From positions 128,001 to 192,000 of the forward strand of contig JAEOUA010000010.1 of the NCBI GenBank assembly GCA_016839555.1: a DNA stretch of 64,000 nt, read 5' to 3'. Below the pieces are notes generated by a model. The model was not told the origin of the DNA. It searched no databases and saw only the letters and a program-made list of their open reading frames with translations. The translations under genes were made by a program, and so were the position numbers. Of the stretch, positions 40,190-50,882 are shown one piece after another. Every line of letters starts with the position of its first letter. Position 1 is the stretch's first letter. This DNA is from Promethearchaeota archaeon. Lineage in GTDB: Archaea; Asgardarchaeota; Lokiarchaeia; Sigyniarchaeales; SOKP01.

Positions 40190-41002
40190 TTAATTTTTAG
40201 CATACAACATATATACTCCCATTATCGTTTCCCGGGACTCTTTTCCGATACCAATTTCAAAACCTCTTTCTTTTAGAGAATCACTAATTTCCTTCAAGAG
40301 GTTTTCTCCTCCTTTGATATGTTCATGCACTTCCATAGAAATCTGCTGAATTTTATCCCAATCTTTATTATTAATGCCCTCAAGAACTTGTCTTTCATAA
40401 TTTTCAGCATCAATCTTTAACAAATTAATGGTATTAATATTATTTTCTTTGATAATATCAGAAAGAGGTCTAATAACACCATTAATTTTCTTACTTTTAT
40501 AGAGATATTTCAATATCTTTTCAACAAATTCTTTGCGCGAAGATTCTGGTACATTTCGAGCAGCTGGATAATCTTTACATATAACATCTTCATAATTTTC
40601 TAAATATTGCTCAATTTTTTTATTCCATTCAAATGGAATTGCTGCGGAATCCGCACTTACATTAGGATAATAAAAAAATTCAATTATTTCCTCTTTCTCT
40701 CCCAAACCTATATTATAATTTTTAATTGAAGCATCTATATTTTTAAGATTAGCTTCTAACACGTTAAATATTTCTGGGATTGGTTCAAAGGTAAGAATTC
40801 TTAAATTTGAGGCCTTTTGAGAAATAAATCGACTAAATAATCCTATATTTGCCCCGACATCAAAAATAGTATTATTATCTTTAATCTCTATGTTATTTTG
40901 GAGATAGATATTATCAACAAAAATCTCTTGAAAAACATACAAAGCTGTCATTCTATCTATATAATAAATACTTTCTCCATTAGGTAATGTTAATTGTTTC
41001 AT
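40190..41002 (-). CDS. FkbM-family methyltransferase
   Basis: IFDVGANIGLFS, FEPIP, LLKIDAE, MEVH. Confidence 0.9.
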   Translation of the reverse strand: MKQLTLPNGESIYYIDRMTALYVFQEIFVDNIYLQNNIEIKDNNTIFDVGANIGLFSRFISQKASNLRILTFEPIPEIFNVLEANLKNIDASIKNYNIGLGEKEEIIEFFYYPNVSADSAAIPFEWNKKIEQYLENYEDVICKDYPAARNVPESSRKEFVEKILKYLYKSKKINGVIRPLSDIIKENNINTINLLKIDAENYERQVLEGINNKDWDKIQQISMEVHEHIKGGENLLKEISDSLKERGFEIGIGKESRETIMGVYMLYAKN

Positions 41003-41190
41003 ATTAAATTTAAGTTATTATTACTATATTTTAAGACCTAAATAGTAATAACTTATCAATATTTTATATTTTTAGAATTCATATTTCTAATATATAGTGT
41101 ACTTAATGTTTCATAAATAAATAATCTTAATATCTCAGTTAAAAATATAATAAAAGCTCTACCAAGAATATTAAAAAATTTAAAATGCTT

Positions 41191-42339
41191 TTAGGGCATA
41201 CTCTTAAGAGGTTTTTGTACTTTTTCTGATTTCGGTTCTAGATTAAATTTTTTAATAAGATATCTGTTAAGCTGAGGCGCTTTTCTTTCCGTGAAATATG
41301 CTATGATAAATGAGAGCATATTTGCTATAATATGCATATAAAGAAATAGTATAAAATCGTCACCATATCCTAAAACAAGGTTATAAAGACACATATGAAA
41401 GAGAAACATCGTTAATGTATAACTTGCCAAATAATTGATTATTTTCTTAACTTTTTTGGGATATTTAAAGTTACTATATTGGGCAAAAATAAATAAAAAT
41501 AAAATTCCACTCGCTAAAAATAAATTATAAATTAATTCATAAGCAGTATGATTTTCATTAAATTGTTCTCTAATTAATGCTAAAGCAAAACACCCTAAAC
41601 CTAATATTAAAGAAAAATATCTAACTTTCCTTAACAATTTTATAGAAGATTGAGTTTTTCCATTTTTATTATCAATATTCTTAATTTTTTTCTGTATAAA
41701 TTTGTTTAATTTATCTATTAATGAAGCAAAACTGGCACCTAAAAACCAGATAATTAAAAAATTTATTTTTCTCTCAGAGCACATTCCAAAAATGATTAAA
41801 AATATAAAGAAGGCAAAAAAACCCAATAAAATATAATAAATAAATTTCTTTTTGGTTGTTCTAGAGCCTAGTATTAGCCACCCGAAAAACAAATATTGCC
41901 ACCAGAATAGAGGAAAAATCCATAAATGACGATTATATCCATAAAATTTATATCCTAACGCTGAATCATTTAATAACAAAATATTAATAAAAAATTCGAC
42001 AATATGGTCAAGAAATTTATAATGATTTATCCAATCTACAAAAACAATAAGAGTATATACAGTTAAAACCACAGGATAGATTCTAGAAAACCTTCTTATG
42101 AAAAATTTTTTAAAATCATAGTTTTTATCGTTCATACTCATATAAATCGAATGAGCAATAAGAAATCCACTGATTAACATTAAAAAGTTTAAGCAAAATA
42201 CACCTATTGAATTTGCAAAGTCGATAGCTCCGATATTTTCTAATCCATGGGAAACAGCAATAATTTGAATAGTGATTATGCGAATTATATTAATATTGAC
42301 TGAATTACCTTCAGATAATTTGAATGTATAGTTTTTCAT
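41191..42339 (-). CDS. Acyltransferase-3 family protein (dispersed copy)
   Basis: R-x10-H, LISGF, RRFSRIYP, NRHLW; resembles 29674-30837 and 22319-23425. Confidence 0.85.
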   Translation of the reverse strand: MKNYTFKLSEGNSVNINIIRIITIQIIAVSHGLENIGAIDFANSIGVFCLNFLMLISGFLIAHSIYMSMNDKNYDFKKFFIRRFSRIYPVVLTVYTLIVFVDWINHYKFLDHIVEFFINILLLNDSALGYKFYGYNRHLWIFPLFWWQYLFFGWLILGSRTTKKKFIYYILLGFFAFFIFLIIFGMCSERKINFLIIWFLGASFASLIDKLNKFIQKKIKNIDNKNGKTQSSIKLLRKVRYFSLILGLGCFALALIREQFNENHTAYELIYNLFLASGILFLFIFAQYSNFKYPKKVKKIINYLASYTLTMFLFHMCLYNLVLGYGDDFILFLYMHIIANMLSFIIAYFTERKAPQLNRYLIKKFNLEPKSEKVQKPLKSMP

Positions 42340-42608
42340 TTTAGAAAGTTTTTAATAGAAATTATGATGAGTTTTATATTTGAAATCTTTTAAAGTTTTA
42401 TAATTTATAAAAAAATAGTTTAATAATCTTAAGATAGTGCGTTAGTTTGAGAGAAAAAAATGTGATTTTGGTGAATATTTGATTATTACTATCTTAAATA
42501 GTTATATCCTATCTTTTATCTTAATCAAATGTTTTTAAGAGATTAAAATGTAAGGTAATTAATGGGAATTTTGTTTATTCATATTAATAAATAATATTTT
42601 TAAAAAGA

Positions 42609-45221
42609 ATGCAAGAGATTATTTTAAAAGATTGGGATTTAAAAAAAAAGGGAGATTCTCTAAACTTAAAAATTAAAGCCCCTGAAACTGTTTTTGAAAC
42701 CTTAATTCAAAATAAATTAATTACGGATCCCTTTTATGGTTTGAATGAAAAAAAAGCCGCTTGGGTATATCGATCTGATTGGACTTATGAAACAAAACTT
42801 AAATTAAGTAAGGAATTTTTGAATTATTCTAACATCCTATTAAGATTTAATGGATTAGATACGATTGCTGATATTTATATTAATAAAATTTTTCTTGGTT
42901 CAGTTAATAATATGTTTAGAATCTATGAATACCAGGTTAAAGATTACTTGAAAAGGGGTATTAATATAATACAGATTCAATTTCATAGTCCTGAAAAGCA
43001 TGCGATCAAGATGATTAAAAAATATGAGATAAAATTGACTACTGGAGAAGATTATAGAGCAATTCCCGGAATTCCGTATATTAGAAAAGCTCAATATTCT
43101 TTTGGATGGGATTGGGGGCCAATTTTACCCGATATAGGTATTTGGAAAAGTGTGGAATTGATAGGATACGAAAAAATTAGAATTAAATCCGTTTTTCCCT
43201 TACAGGATATTAATTTTAAAGATTTAAATAGAAAACTAAAAAAAGGAAATACATTACTCCCTATTGCGGAATCAGTATTAATCAGTTGCCAAGTCGAAAT
43301 AGAATCATCGATCGAAGAAATTGATAAATTAAATTATATAATTGCGATGGATATTAACTCAAAAGAGGGAAAAACATATCATAATGAAATAAAACTAGAA
43401 AAGGAAAACCAAATTATAGAGATAAAAATTCCTAACCCAACTTTATGGTGGACCCATAATCTTGGCGAACCTTATCTTTACGACTTATCCATATCGATCA
43501 TAAATTCTTGTGTAATTGATAAAGTTAAGCAGAAATTAGGTGTCAGGGAAATAGCATTAATAAAAAATCCCGATGAATGGGGTGAATCTTTTTATTTTCT
43601 TTTAAATCATGTCCCAATTTTTGCTAAGGGTGCAAACTGGATTCCTATTGACAGCTTTATACCACGGGGTAAAAAAAATGGGCTTTATCAAAGGAATCTT
43701 AAAGATGCTAAATCAGCAAATATGAATATGATACGTGTTTGGGGTGGTGGAATATATGAGGATGATGAATTTTATAATGTTTGTGACAAATTAGGTATAT
43801 TAGTATGGCAAGATTTTCCATTTGCATGTGCGATATATCCAATATATGAAGAGTTTTATGAAAATGTGAAGGTGGAATTTATCCAAAATATTAAAAGATT
43901 AAGATTGCATCCAAGCTTAGCCATCTGGTGTGGAAATAATGAGATTGAATATTTATGGCGTTTATTAAAAGAAAGTTCTGGGATTATCGACGAAAAAACT
44001 GAGCTAGAATATAAAAAAGGATATGTAAGATTATTTGAAGATATGCTCCCCAAAATTTTAAAAAAGTTAGATCCTACTCGACCTTATTGGCCAAGTTCTC
44101 CTTCTAATGGTTTCTGCGGACTAGATATTGGCTCGATGTATTCAAACTCTCCATCAAAAGGAGATAGTCATTATTGGTCAGTATGGCATGCGGGAAAGCC
44201 ATTTAAAGCGTATAGAACTTTCAATTCGAGATTTATATCAGAATTTGGTTTTGAATCCTTTCCTTCTATGAAATCAATTGAATCTTTTTGTCCTAAAGAG
44301 CAGTTTGATATGTTTTCTCCAATAATGGAAAATCATCAAAAAAATGATGCTGGTAATCAAAAAATTTTAGATTATATGAAGAAAAGATTTTTTATTCCAG
44401 ATAAGTTTGAAAAACAAATAATTTTATCACAAATAACTCAAGCTGAAGCCATCGAATATGGAATAGAACATTGGCGTAAAAATGAAAAAGATTTTCAATG
44501 TATGGGGTCCTTATATTGGCAATTAAATGACTGTTGGCCAGTAGCTAGTTGGTCATCGGTTGATTATTATGGACGATGGAAAGCATTACATTATTTTTCA
44601 AAACGATTTTTTTCTTCTTTATTTCCTTATGTAGAGGAGAAAAAAAATCAAGTGAAATTTGGTGTAGTTAATGATGGACCTCACTCCGAAGATCTAATTT
44701 TTATTTGGAAAATTATGAATTCAAATGGAATCATCTTATTAAAGGGCAAAGAAATTACTAAAATCGATGGTTTAGAATCAAAGGAATTAACAATTATTGA
44801 TGTTTCTGAAATTAATAAAACTAAAAAGATGAGAAAAAATAATATTATTTTTTATAAATTACAAAAAGCCTCAACAAAAAAAATAATATATAGAGGGGGA
44901 AGATTATTTGAGAATCCAAAAGATTTCAATTTAAAAGATCCTGAGATTTCATATACGATTGAACCGCTTGAAAGCAATTTAGATAATCTTAAAAAATTAA
45001 AATTACAAATAAAAACAAAACATATCTCTTTATATACGTATATTATCTCTGATTTAATAGATTTTATCGCCTCAGATAATTATTTTTCTTTAGAACCACT
45101 TGAAACAAGAGAAATTATTATTAAAATAATAAAGAAAAAATCTAATGAAAAAAGTATTTCATTAGAGGAAATATTAGAATCGTTCAATGTTGGTTCTTTG
45201 TACGATCTTATTCATTCATGA
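42609..45221 (+). CDS. GH2 beta-mannosidase
   Basis: GLDT, RKAQYSFGWDWGP, KGANWIP, RVWGGG, WQDFPFAC, WCGNNE, SEFGFES, WQLNDCWP. Confidence 0.93.
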   Translation: MQEIILKDWDLKKKGDSLNLKIKAPETVFETLIQNKLITDPFYGLNEKKAAWVYRSDWTYETKLKLSKEFLNYSNILLRFNGLDTIADIYINKIFLGSVNNMFRIYEYQVKDYLKRGINIIQIQFHSPEKHAIKMIKKYEIKLTTGEDYRAIPGIPYIRKAQYSFGWDWGPILPDIGIWKSVELIGYEKIRIKSVFPLQDINFKDLNRKLKKGNTLLPIAESVLISCQVEIESSIEEIDKLNYIIAMDINSKEGKTYHNEIKLEKENQIIEIKIPNPTLWWTHNLGEPYLYDLSISIINSCVIDKVKQKLGVREIALIKNPDEWGESFYFLLNHVPIFAKGANWIPIDSFIPRGKKNGLYQRNLKDAKSANMNMIRVWGGGIYEDDEFYNVCDKLGILVWQDFPFACAIYPIYEEFYENVKVEFIQNIKRLRLHPSLAIWCGNNEIEYLWRLLKESSGIIDEKTELEYKKGYVRLFEDMLPKILKKLDPTRPYWPSSPSNGFCGLDIGSMYSNSPSKGDSHYWSVWHAGKPFKAYRTFNSRFISEFGFESFPSMKSIESFCPKEQFDMFSPIMENHQKNDAGNQKILDYMKKRFFIPDKFEKQIILSQITQAEAIEYGIEHWRKNEKDFQCMGSLYWQLNDCWPVASWSSVDYYGRWKALHYFSKRFFSSLFPYVEEKKNQVKFGVVNDGPHSEDLIFIWKIMNSNGIILLKGKEITKIDGLESKELTIIDVSEINKTKKMRKNNIIFYKLQKASTKKIIYRGGRLFENPKDFNLKDPEISYTIEPLESNLDNLKKLKLQIKTKHISLYTYIISDLIDFIASDNYFSLEPLETREIIIKIIKKKSNEKSISLEEILESFNVGSLYDLIHS

Positions 45222-46051
45222 GGTAGGACTAAAATCAATACAATAATCAATAGAATTCCAATTAGCAGGATAAATGTTTGAATCACAGATTTTTTTAGGT
45301 TTCTTTGTTTCAAAATTTCAGGCATTAATTCGGTGGTTGCGAGGTATAGAAATCCGCCTCCCGAAAAAGCTAAAAAAAATAAGTTGAAAACCTCCACTCT
45401 TTCTACCAACAATAAAGCAAATATACCACCCAATAGAGCTGTCATTGCACTTAAAAAATTGAATATCAAAGCGTTCTTCCTTGTGAATCCACCATATACA
45501 AGGATACCATAATCTCCAACTTCTTGCGGGAGTTCATGAAACAATACTGCTAACATGATTACAATACCATTTGCAAATCCAGTTAAGAAAGCAACCATTA
45601 AAATAACCCCATCAAGAAAGTTATGCACCACATCGCCGATAAGATTCAGAAGAGCGAAATTTTTTATGTTTTTCCCTTTATATTCGAATTGAGTTGCTCC
45701 TTCTGTTTTATTATCATAACAAACTAATTGATTATCTTCTTCATGAGCATGCCCATGAAACCAGTAAATGAATCTTCCTATAATGAAAAAGAGTACATAA
45801 CCGAGCATTATAAAACCAAAAATATATCCCATATTAATTGAATACCCCTCTTGCATTAATTCTTCAAGATGATGAATAGATTCTGGAATTAAATCAAATA
45901 TAGCGGTTGCTAAAATTGTTCCTGTAGCGAAAGCCACTAAAATAAATAAAAGATTATCTAATTTTTTTTGCTTTATTGATACCATTGATAGTCCAATTAA
46001 ACTCAAGCTCCCTATAAAAATTATTGACAGAAACCCATATAGTACATTCAA
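45212..46051 (-). CDS. ZIP-family metal transporter
   Basis: FHGHAHE loop, GDVVHNFLDG, HELPQEVGD. Confidence 0.92.
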   Translation of the reverse strand: MNVLYGFLSIIFIGSLSLIGLSMVSIKQKKLDNLLFILVAFATGTILATAIFDLIPESIHHLEELMQEGYSINMGYIFGFIMLGYVLFFIIGRFIYWFHGHAHEEDNQLVCYDNKTEGATQFEYKGKNIKNFALLNLIGDVVHNFLDGVILMVAFLTGFANGIVIMLAVLFHELPQEVGDYGILVYGGFTRKNALIFNFLSAMTALLGGIFALLLVERVEVFNLFFLAFSGGGFLYLATTELMPEILKQRNLKKSVIQTFILLIGILLIIVLILVLPHE

Positions 46052-46158
46052 AATTAATCACATATTTTGATTTTATTAAATATCTTATATTCTACTTATT
46101 AATTGCTTATATTTAAGAATTCTATTTTTCTTTTATAAAAAAGAATGAAAGATTTGAA

Positions 46159-47586
46159 TTATTGAATTTCTTCTCTAAATTCATCCATATGGATTACTTT
46201 GTTTTCTAATCGAGATTTTTCAGCGGCAAATCCCATAAGATGTGATTCTAAAGAAGCCCGGGCAGAGGTTAATGCTTCTTTTTCTGAAGCATCTTCGTTA
46301 AATAATGAGTTCACAAATGATTCCATTAGTCCAGAATCTCCATCGCTATGTGCCCCAAAAGTGATATCATTTTCCCATAATAATTTCTCATGTACATATC
46401 TATGATCATAATAGAATAATCTTTCACCACCGTAAGTGAATTCTCCTAATAAAGATCCTTTTGTTCCAGAAATTCTTATCCATCTTCCATCTAAAAAAGA
46501 ATGGCCATGCATGGTCATTGTAGCTGTAATATTATTATCAAATTGTATACTTACAATCTGATGATCAGGAACATCATTATCACAATGGAATACACATCTA
46601 CCCCAAGGTCCATTTTTCAATGCTTCGATTTTTCCTTTAATAGATAAATCATCTGATATTACTGTTGCTGGCCAGAACTGCCAGTTTAAAAACTTTTTTA
46701 ATGATTTGATAAAAAAGCTTAAAAATTTTACAAATTTTCTATGTTTTAATAATAATTTACCAAGAAATCTTAACCACCACTTTTTAGAACGTTGGGTTAT
46801 TCTAATAAGAGGCTCCGCTTCTATATATAATCTTGGTGCAAACCAAGGACATTCTTCAGCAACAGGACATCCATCAAGACATCTTCCAGGTGCTCCTTTT
46901 GGTGCATTTTCTTTTCGATAAAAACTTAATTCTCCAAAGGATTGAATCCATTTTGTAGGGAATTCAACAAGCCAATATAATAAATCTAAATCATGGCAGG
47001 TTTTAGCTAAGATAATGGGACTGGAATCCTCAGCTCTTCTCCAAGTACCTCTTACGTATCCATGAGCAAAATGCCAATAAGCCACGTTTTCAGAATGATT
47101 AATATTTATTATTTTTCCTACTAAGCCTTCTCTTATAGCTTGCTTAATTTTAGAAAACATTGTAGTATAGCGAGCAACATGGCAAATTCTTAATTGTTTT
47201 TTCGCTTCTTCAGCAATATTTACTAATTTAATACAATCTTCTTTAGTTGTTGCCATAGGTTTTTCTAAAAGCACTTGATATCCTAATTTTAGAGCTTCAA
47301 GTGCGGGCTCGGTATGCATTTTATCTTGGGTGCAAATTAGACATGCTTCTGCGATTCTTCCAATTTTTTCATTCAAAAGGTCTTCCCAAGTTTCATATTG
47401 ATTTTCTCTGGGAATATTCCATTCGCTAGCAAAACCTTCCCTTCGCATTTTCCGAGGTTCTGCCACAGCTATGAATTTTATTTTATCTTTATGGTTTAGT
47501 GCCCATTGACCATAGGAATGCCATCCTCTAGCACCCGCACCAATAAGAATAGCATTAATTGGTTGTTTTTCTTTTATATTTGAAAT
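46159..47586 (-). CDS. Gfo/Idh/MocA-family oxidoreductase, probable ATT start
   Basis: The frame extends upstream of the GTG at 47466 through ILIGAGARG (Rossmann motif). Also LEKPMA and KTCHDLD. AGGTG lies 8 nt before the ATT at 47586. Confidence 0.85.
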   Translation of the reverse strand: MSNIKEKQPINAILIGAGARGWHSYGQWALNHKDKIKFIAVAEPRKMRREGFASEWNIPRENQYETWEDLLNEKIGRIAEACLICTQDKMHTEPALEALKLGYQVLLEKPMATTKEDCIKLVNIAEEAKKQLRICHVARYTTMFSKIKQAIREGLVGKIININHSENVAYWHFAHGYVRGTWRRAEDSSPIILAKTCHDLDLLYWLVEFPTKWIQSFGELSFYRKENAPKGAPGRCLDGCPVAEECPWFAPRLYIEAEPLIRITQRSKKWWLRFLGKLLLKHRKFVKFLSFFIKSLKKFLNWQFWPATVISDDLSIKGKIEALKNGPWGRCVFHCDNDVPDHQIVSIQFDNNITATMTMHGHSFLDGRWIRISGTKGSLLGEFTYGGERLFYYDHRYVHEKLLWENDITFGAHSDGDSGLMESFVNSLFNEDASEKEALTSARASLESHLMGFAAEKSRLENKVIHMDEFREEIQ

Positions 47587-47606
47587 ATCTGATACACCTT
47601 TTACTT

Positions 47607-48455
47607 TTAGATATTATATTTAGGAGTTTTTAAAGTATCCCAATCAGTTGTGATAATATAGTCAGGATGATTTCTAATAAAAGTTACTGGATAATCATAA
47701 GCTGGTTCTCCAAATAAAGCTAATCTCAGAATAGTATTTGCCCAATCATAAGGGGTTCCATTTCTACAATATAATCGAATTTTTTTCGCATTAAGTATTT
47801 GTTTCATCCCTAAAGTAAAAGCTTCCTTAGGAAAATTTTCTAAATTTCCTCCAATATTAGCTCTTATTGCATTAATAGTTCTCGTATAATTGTTTAATCT
47901 AACTTTTCTTGGATCCGAATTTTCTACTCCTTCTTCTGGCTCATTAAATGCTATATGTCCATGAATACCGATTCCTCCATAACATACATCTATTCCTCCT
48001 AAATCATCAATAATATCTGCTATTTTTTCGATATTGGTTTGATTTGGGAAAATTATATGCTCTTGGTTCAAGCAACTATAATCACCTAATAGATAAAAGA
48101 ATAATTCTTTTGCTATTTTTTTAAAACTTAAAGGATGAGTATCCTCTATTGCATCTCCTTTTTTATCACAATATTCATCCATAAAAAAGAACCAGCAATT
48201 CTCCAACGAAATCATTTCTTCATTAATAATATTTGCGAGAAGTGGATATTGCCCAATAGGACCGATAGGTAAAATTAATTTACTTATTTGGTCTTTTTCA
48301 TTACTTTTTTTAATTTCCTTAGCTATATTATTAGCGAATGTTTTATATAATACATTTAAATCTTTACAAACTATTAAATTCTCTCCTGATTTATCTATTA
48401 CTTCTTGCGGGCTTAAACTTAATATACTCTTAACTTCTTCTGATCTTCTCGTCAA
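47607..48455 (-). CDS. Glucosamine-6-phosphate isomerase/deaminase-like (NagB family)
   Basis: FFMDEY, HPLSF, GGIGIHGHIAFNEP, FTLGMKQIL, YPVT. Confidence 0.8.
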   Translation of the reverse strand: MTRRSEEVKSILSLSPQEVIDKSGENLIVCKDLNVLYKTFANNIAKEIKKSNEKDQISKLILPIGPIGQYPLLANIINEEMISLENCWFFFMDEYCDKKGDAIEDTHPLSFKKIAKELFFYLLGDYSCLNQEHIIFPNQTNIEKIADIIDDLGGIDVCYGGIGIHGHIAFNEPEEGVENSDPRKVRLNNYTRTINAIRANIGGNLENFPKEAFTLGMKQILNAKKIRLYCRNGTPYDWANTILRLALFGEPAYDYPVTFIRNHPDYIITTDWDTLKTPKYNI

Positions 48456-48461
48456 TTTAAT

Positions 48462-49238
48462 TCAATCCATCTCTAATAATTTTAAAATGTTTTTTGAAAA
48501 ATATAATTTTCTTGTATTTTCATCAATATTATAATTATCAAGCCGTATTTTATCTTGCTTTAAAATAAGTGGAATCTTAGAATAAAAAACATCTGTTCCA
48601 AATAGAAGCTTTTTAAATGCGCCCTCCCACCATAACCATTTTTTCATTCCAATATTATCTGCCCGCATGCGCCATCCATCAGGTTCTCCTGTAATATCTG
48701 AATAAATATTTGGACGCATCCTAATTAATTCAGCAGCATCTTCGTTCCAATGAACCCCTAAATGAGCTATAATTAAATTTAAATTAGGAAAGGCATTAGC
48801 AATAGGTTCTAATCGCATTGGATGCATGTTCCAGGATGAAATATTTTCTTTTTGCCCATTTTGAAAAATTGTCACTATTCCAGTATGGAATAACATTGGC
48901 ATCTGTAATTTTTCTGCTTGTTTCCATAGAGGAAAAAAAGATCTGTTATTATAAGCTTTTGTTGGAATAGAAATCTTAAGCATTTTAAAGCCTTGATTAT
49001 GTGCCTCTTCAATTTCATTTGGATTAGATCTTCCAGGACGGATAAAATAGGAACCGATTATTCTTTTCGGGTAATTTTTGAGTGCTTTTCTAACATCTTC
49101 ATTAGTTTTGCAATTAAAAATTTTTCCTAGACCACTTAAACAGCATTTATTTATTCCAAACTCATCCATAGTCTGAATTAAATTTCTCAAATAATTTGGA
49201 ACATCATAAAGATGAGCGTGAGCATCAATTATTTGCAT
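48462..49238 (-). CDS. Amidohydrolase_2 family metal-dependent hydrolase
   Basis: IIDAHAH, LFHTG, IAHLG, LFGTD. Confidence 0.88.
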   Translation of the reverse strand: MQIIDAHAHLYDVPNYLRNLIQTMDEFGINKCCLSGLGKIFNCKTNEDVRKALKNYPKRIIGSYFIRPGRSNPNEIEEAHNQGFKMLKISIPTKAYNNRSFFPLWKQAEKLQMPMLFHTGIVTIFQNGQKENISSWNMHPMRLEPIANAFPNLNLIIAHLGVHWNEDAAELIRMRPNIYSDITGEPDGWRMRADNIGMKKWLWWEGAFKKLLFGTDVFYSKIPLILKQDKIRLDNYNIDENTRKLYFSKNILKLLEMD

Positions 49239-49407
49239 AATTATTTTTTAAATAAAGTTTTTCAATTAATCTATATGTTATTAAAAATAAAAAATCACAT
49301 AATATAATAACATCATATTTTAGAAAGAGTTGAATTTGGATTTCTACAAATAAAATTAAAATAAATTGGAAAAACTAAGGAATATACATTGACCATTTCA
49401 TTATATA

Positions 49408-50601
49408 TTATAATTTATATGCATCCAAACTAAATAGGGAACTACATCCTTTCCCAATAGAAGGTGTTAATCGTCCTGTCACTCTAAAAATAGGTCCCTC
49501 TCGACCGCATTCTGGACAATAATTCCAATTTTCTACTTGTATGATATCATCTAATAAAACTGCTACTCCAGCATAACTCTTAACACCATAAGGAGTTATT
49601 AATTCTAATAAACCCGGTTGTCCTGTGTTTTTAATGGGCTCTAATGTATTGACATCGCGAGCTAATATTCGGCCATACTTTTTATCGACGTGAAAAACAA
49701 AATCATTATACCTATCTGACCAGTGAGCGCCAAATGCCAAGGGGCTTTCGGTTGCTGCAAAATTATCACAAAATTTATCCTTTGTAATATTAAACAAAGT
49801 ACACATTTGTTGTATAAATTGGCTTTTATCTACTTTATTTCCCATTTTAATTCTGCCTTTTACACCATCCCACCCTCCACCTCCCGTAATGATATAAAAG
49901 TGTCCACTCATATCGAATGTGCGTTTCCTTTTTTCATAAAAATCATTTAATACTTTATGCATCCAAAGCGGAGAATTTGCCATTATAGTCGGAATATTGT
50001 TTTTTTCAACTCTACCAAGTTCAGATTCCAATTTTTTTCCATTTATTGCAACGACAGCTCGGATTTTAAATGTTGTTATAATTTTCCAGAGGGTTCTTCC
50101 TAAAAAGAATTGCAATAAATAATGAATATTCTTTCCTTCCCAGATATCTACAATACTTTTATATAATAAGTAGGAATTTTTACCGTAGAAAGTGTGCTTT
50201 ATTTTATTGATAAATCTTTTTTTTGGGGCAAAGAGGATCAAATTTTTTACTTTTTCTTTTTCTGAAAATTCAGTAAAAACTCGATTATAACTATTCATTA
50301 AAACTTCGATATCCGATTTTAATCGTCCAACAATACTAGGATCCCCACTCGTAGAAGAAGATTCCATCCAATATTCCAGATTTTCAAATGTGTTTCCCCG
50401 CAATAGTTCTTTAAATTTATCATTAGATTGCTTGAAGAAACTCCAAGGAATATAGGGAATGTCTCCTAGATTTGATTCATTTAAGGTTTTGTCAAAATCA
50501 TATTCTACTTTTTCACATATTTTTCTATATAAATCGCATTCCTTAGCTGTTTCTCTTATTGTTGAAGATAAATTTTGAAAAAACTTTTCCTCTTCTCTCA
50601 T
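49408..50601 (-). CDS. LuxE-like acyl-protein synthetase / acyl-CoA ligase-like protein
   Basis: IPYIPWSFFK, ESSSTSGDPS, TGGGGWDG, AATES, LLDD, GR...GCS. Confidence 0.75.
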   Translation of the reverse strand: MREEEKFFQNLSSTIRETAKECDLYRKICEKVEYDFDKTLNESNLGDIPYIPWSFFKQSNDKFKELLRGNTFENLEYWMESSSTSGDPSIVGRLKSDIEVLMNSYNRVFTEFSEKEKVKNLILFAPKKRFINKIKHTFYGKNSYLLYKSIVDIWEGKNIHYLLQFFLGRTLWKIITTFKIRAVVAINGKKLESELGRVEKNNIPTIMANSPLWMHKVLNDFYEKRKRTFDMSGHFYIITGGGGWDGVKGRIKMGNKVDKSQFIQQMCTLFNITKDKFCDNFAATESPLAFGAHWSDRYNDFVFHVDKKYGRILARDVNTLEPIKNTGQPGLLELITPYGVKSYAGVAVLLDDIIQVENWNYCPECGREGPIFRVTGRLTPSIGKGCSSLFSLDAYKL

Positions 50602-50882
50602 TTCTATATCATCTATATTATTTCAATAAATATATAAGCTATTATGATTTTTATTATTATTCTTTATATGTTATTTTAAAACACTCCTCTTTTAACTTTT
50701 ATAAATATAAAATTATTTTACCTATTTAATTTAATTTTGCAACCATCAATTTATTCATTTTTAATACTTATGAATTGAGGATTATTAGTAGTTTTAACTA
50801 AATTTCCTCTTAAATAAATTAGATATTTTTATTTTAATAAGATATAATAAAAGAAAATTCAAAAATATAGATTTTTTTAGTA

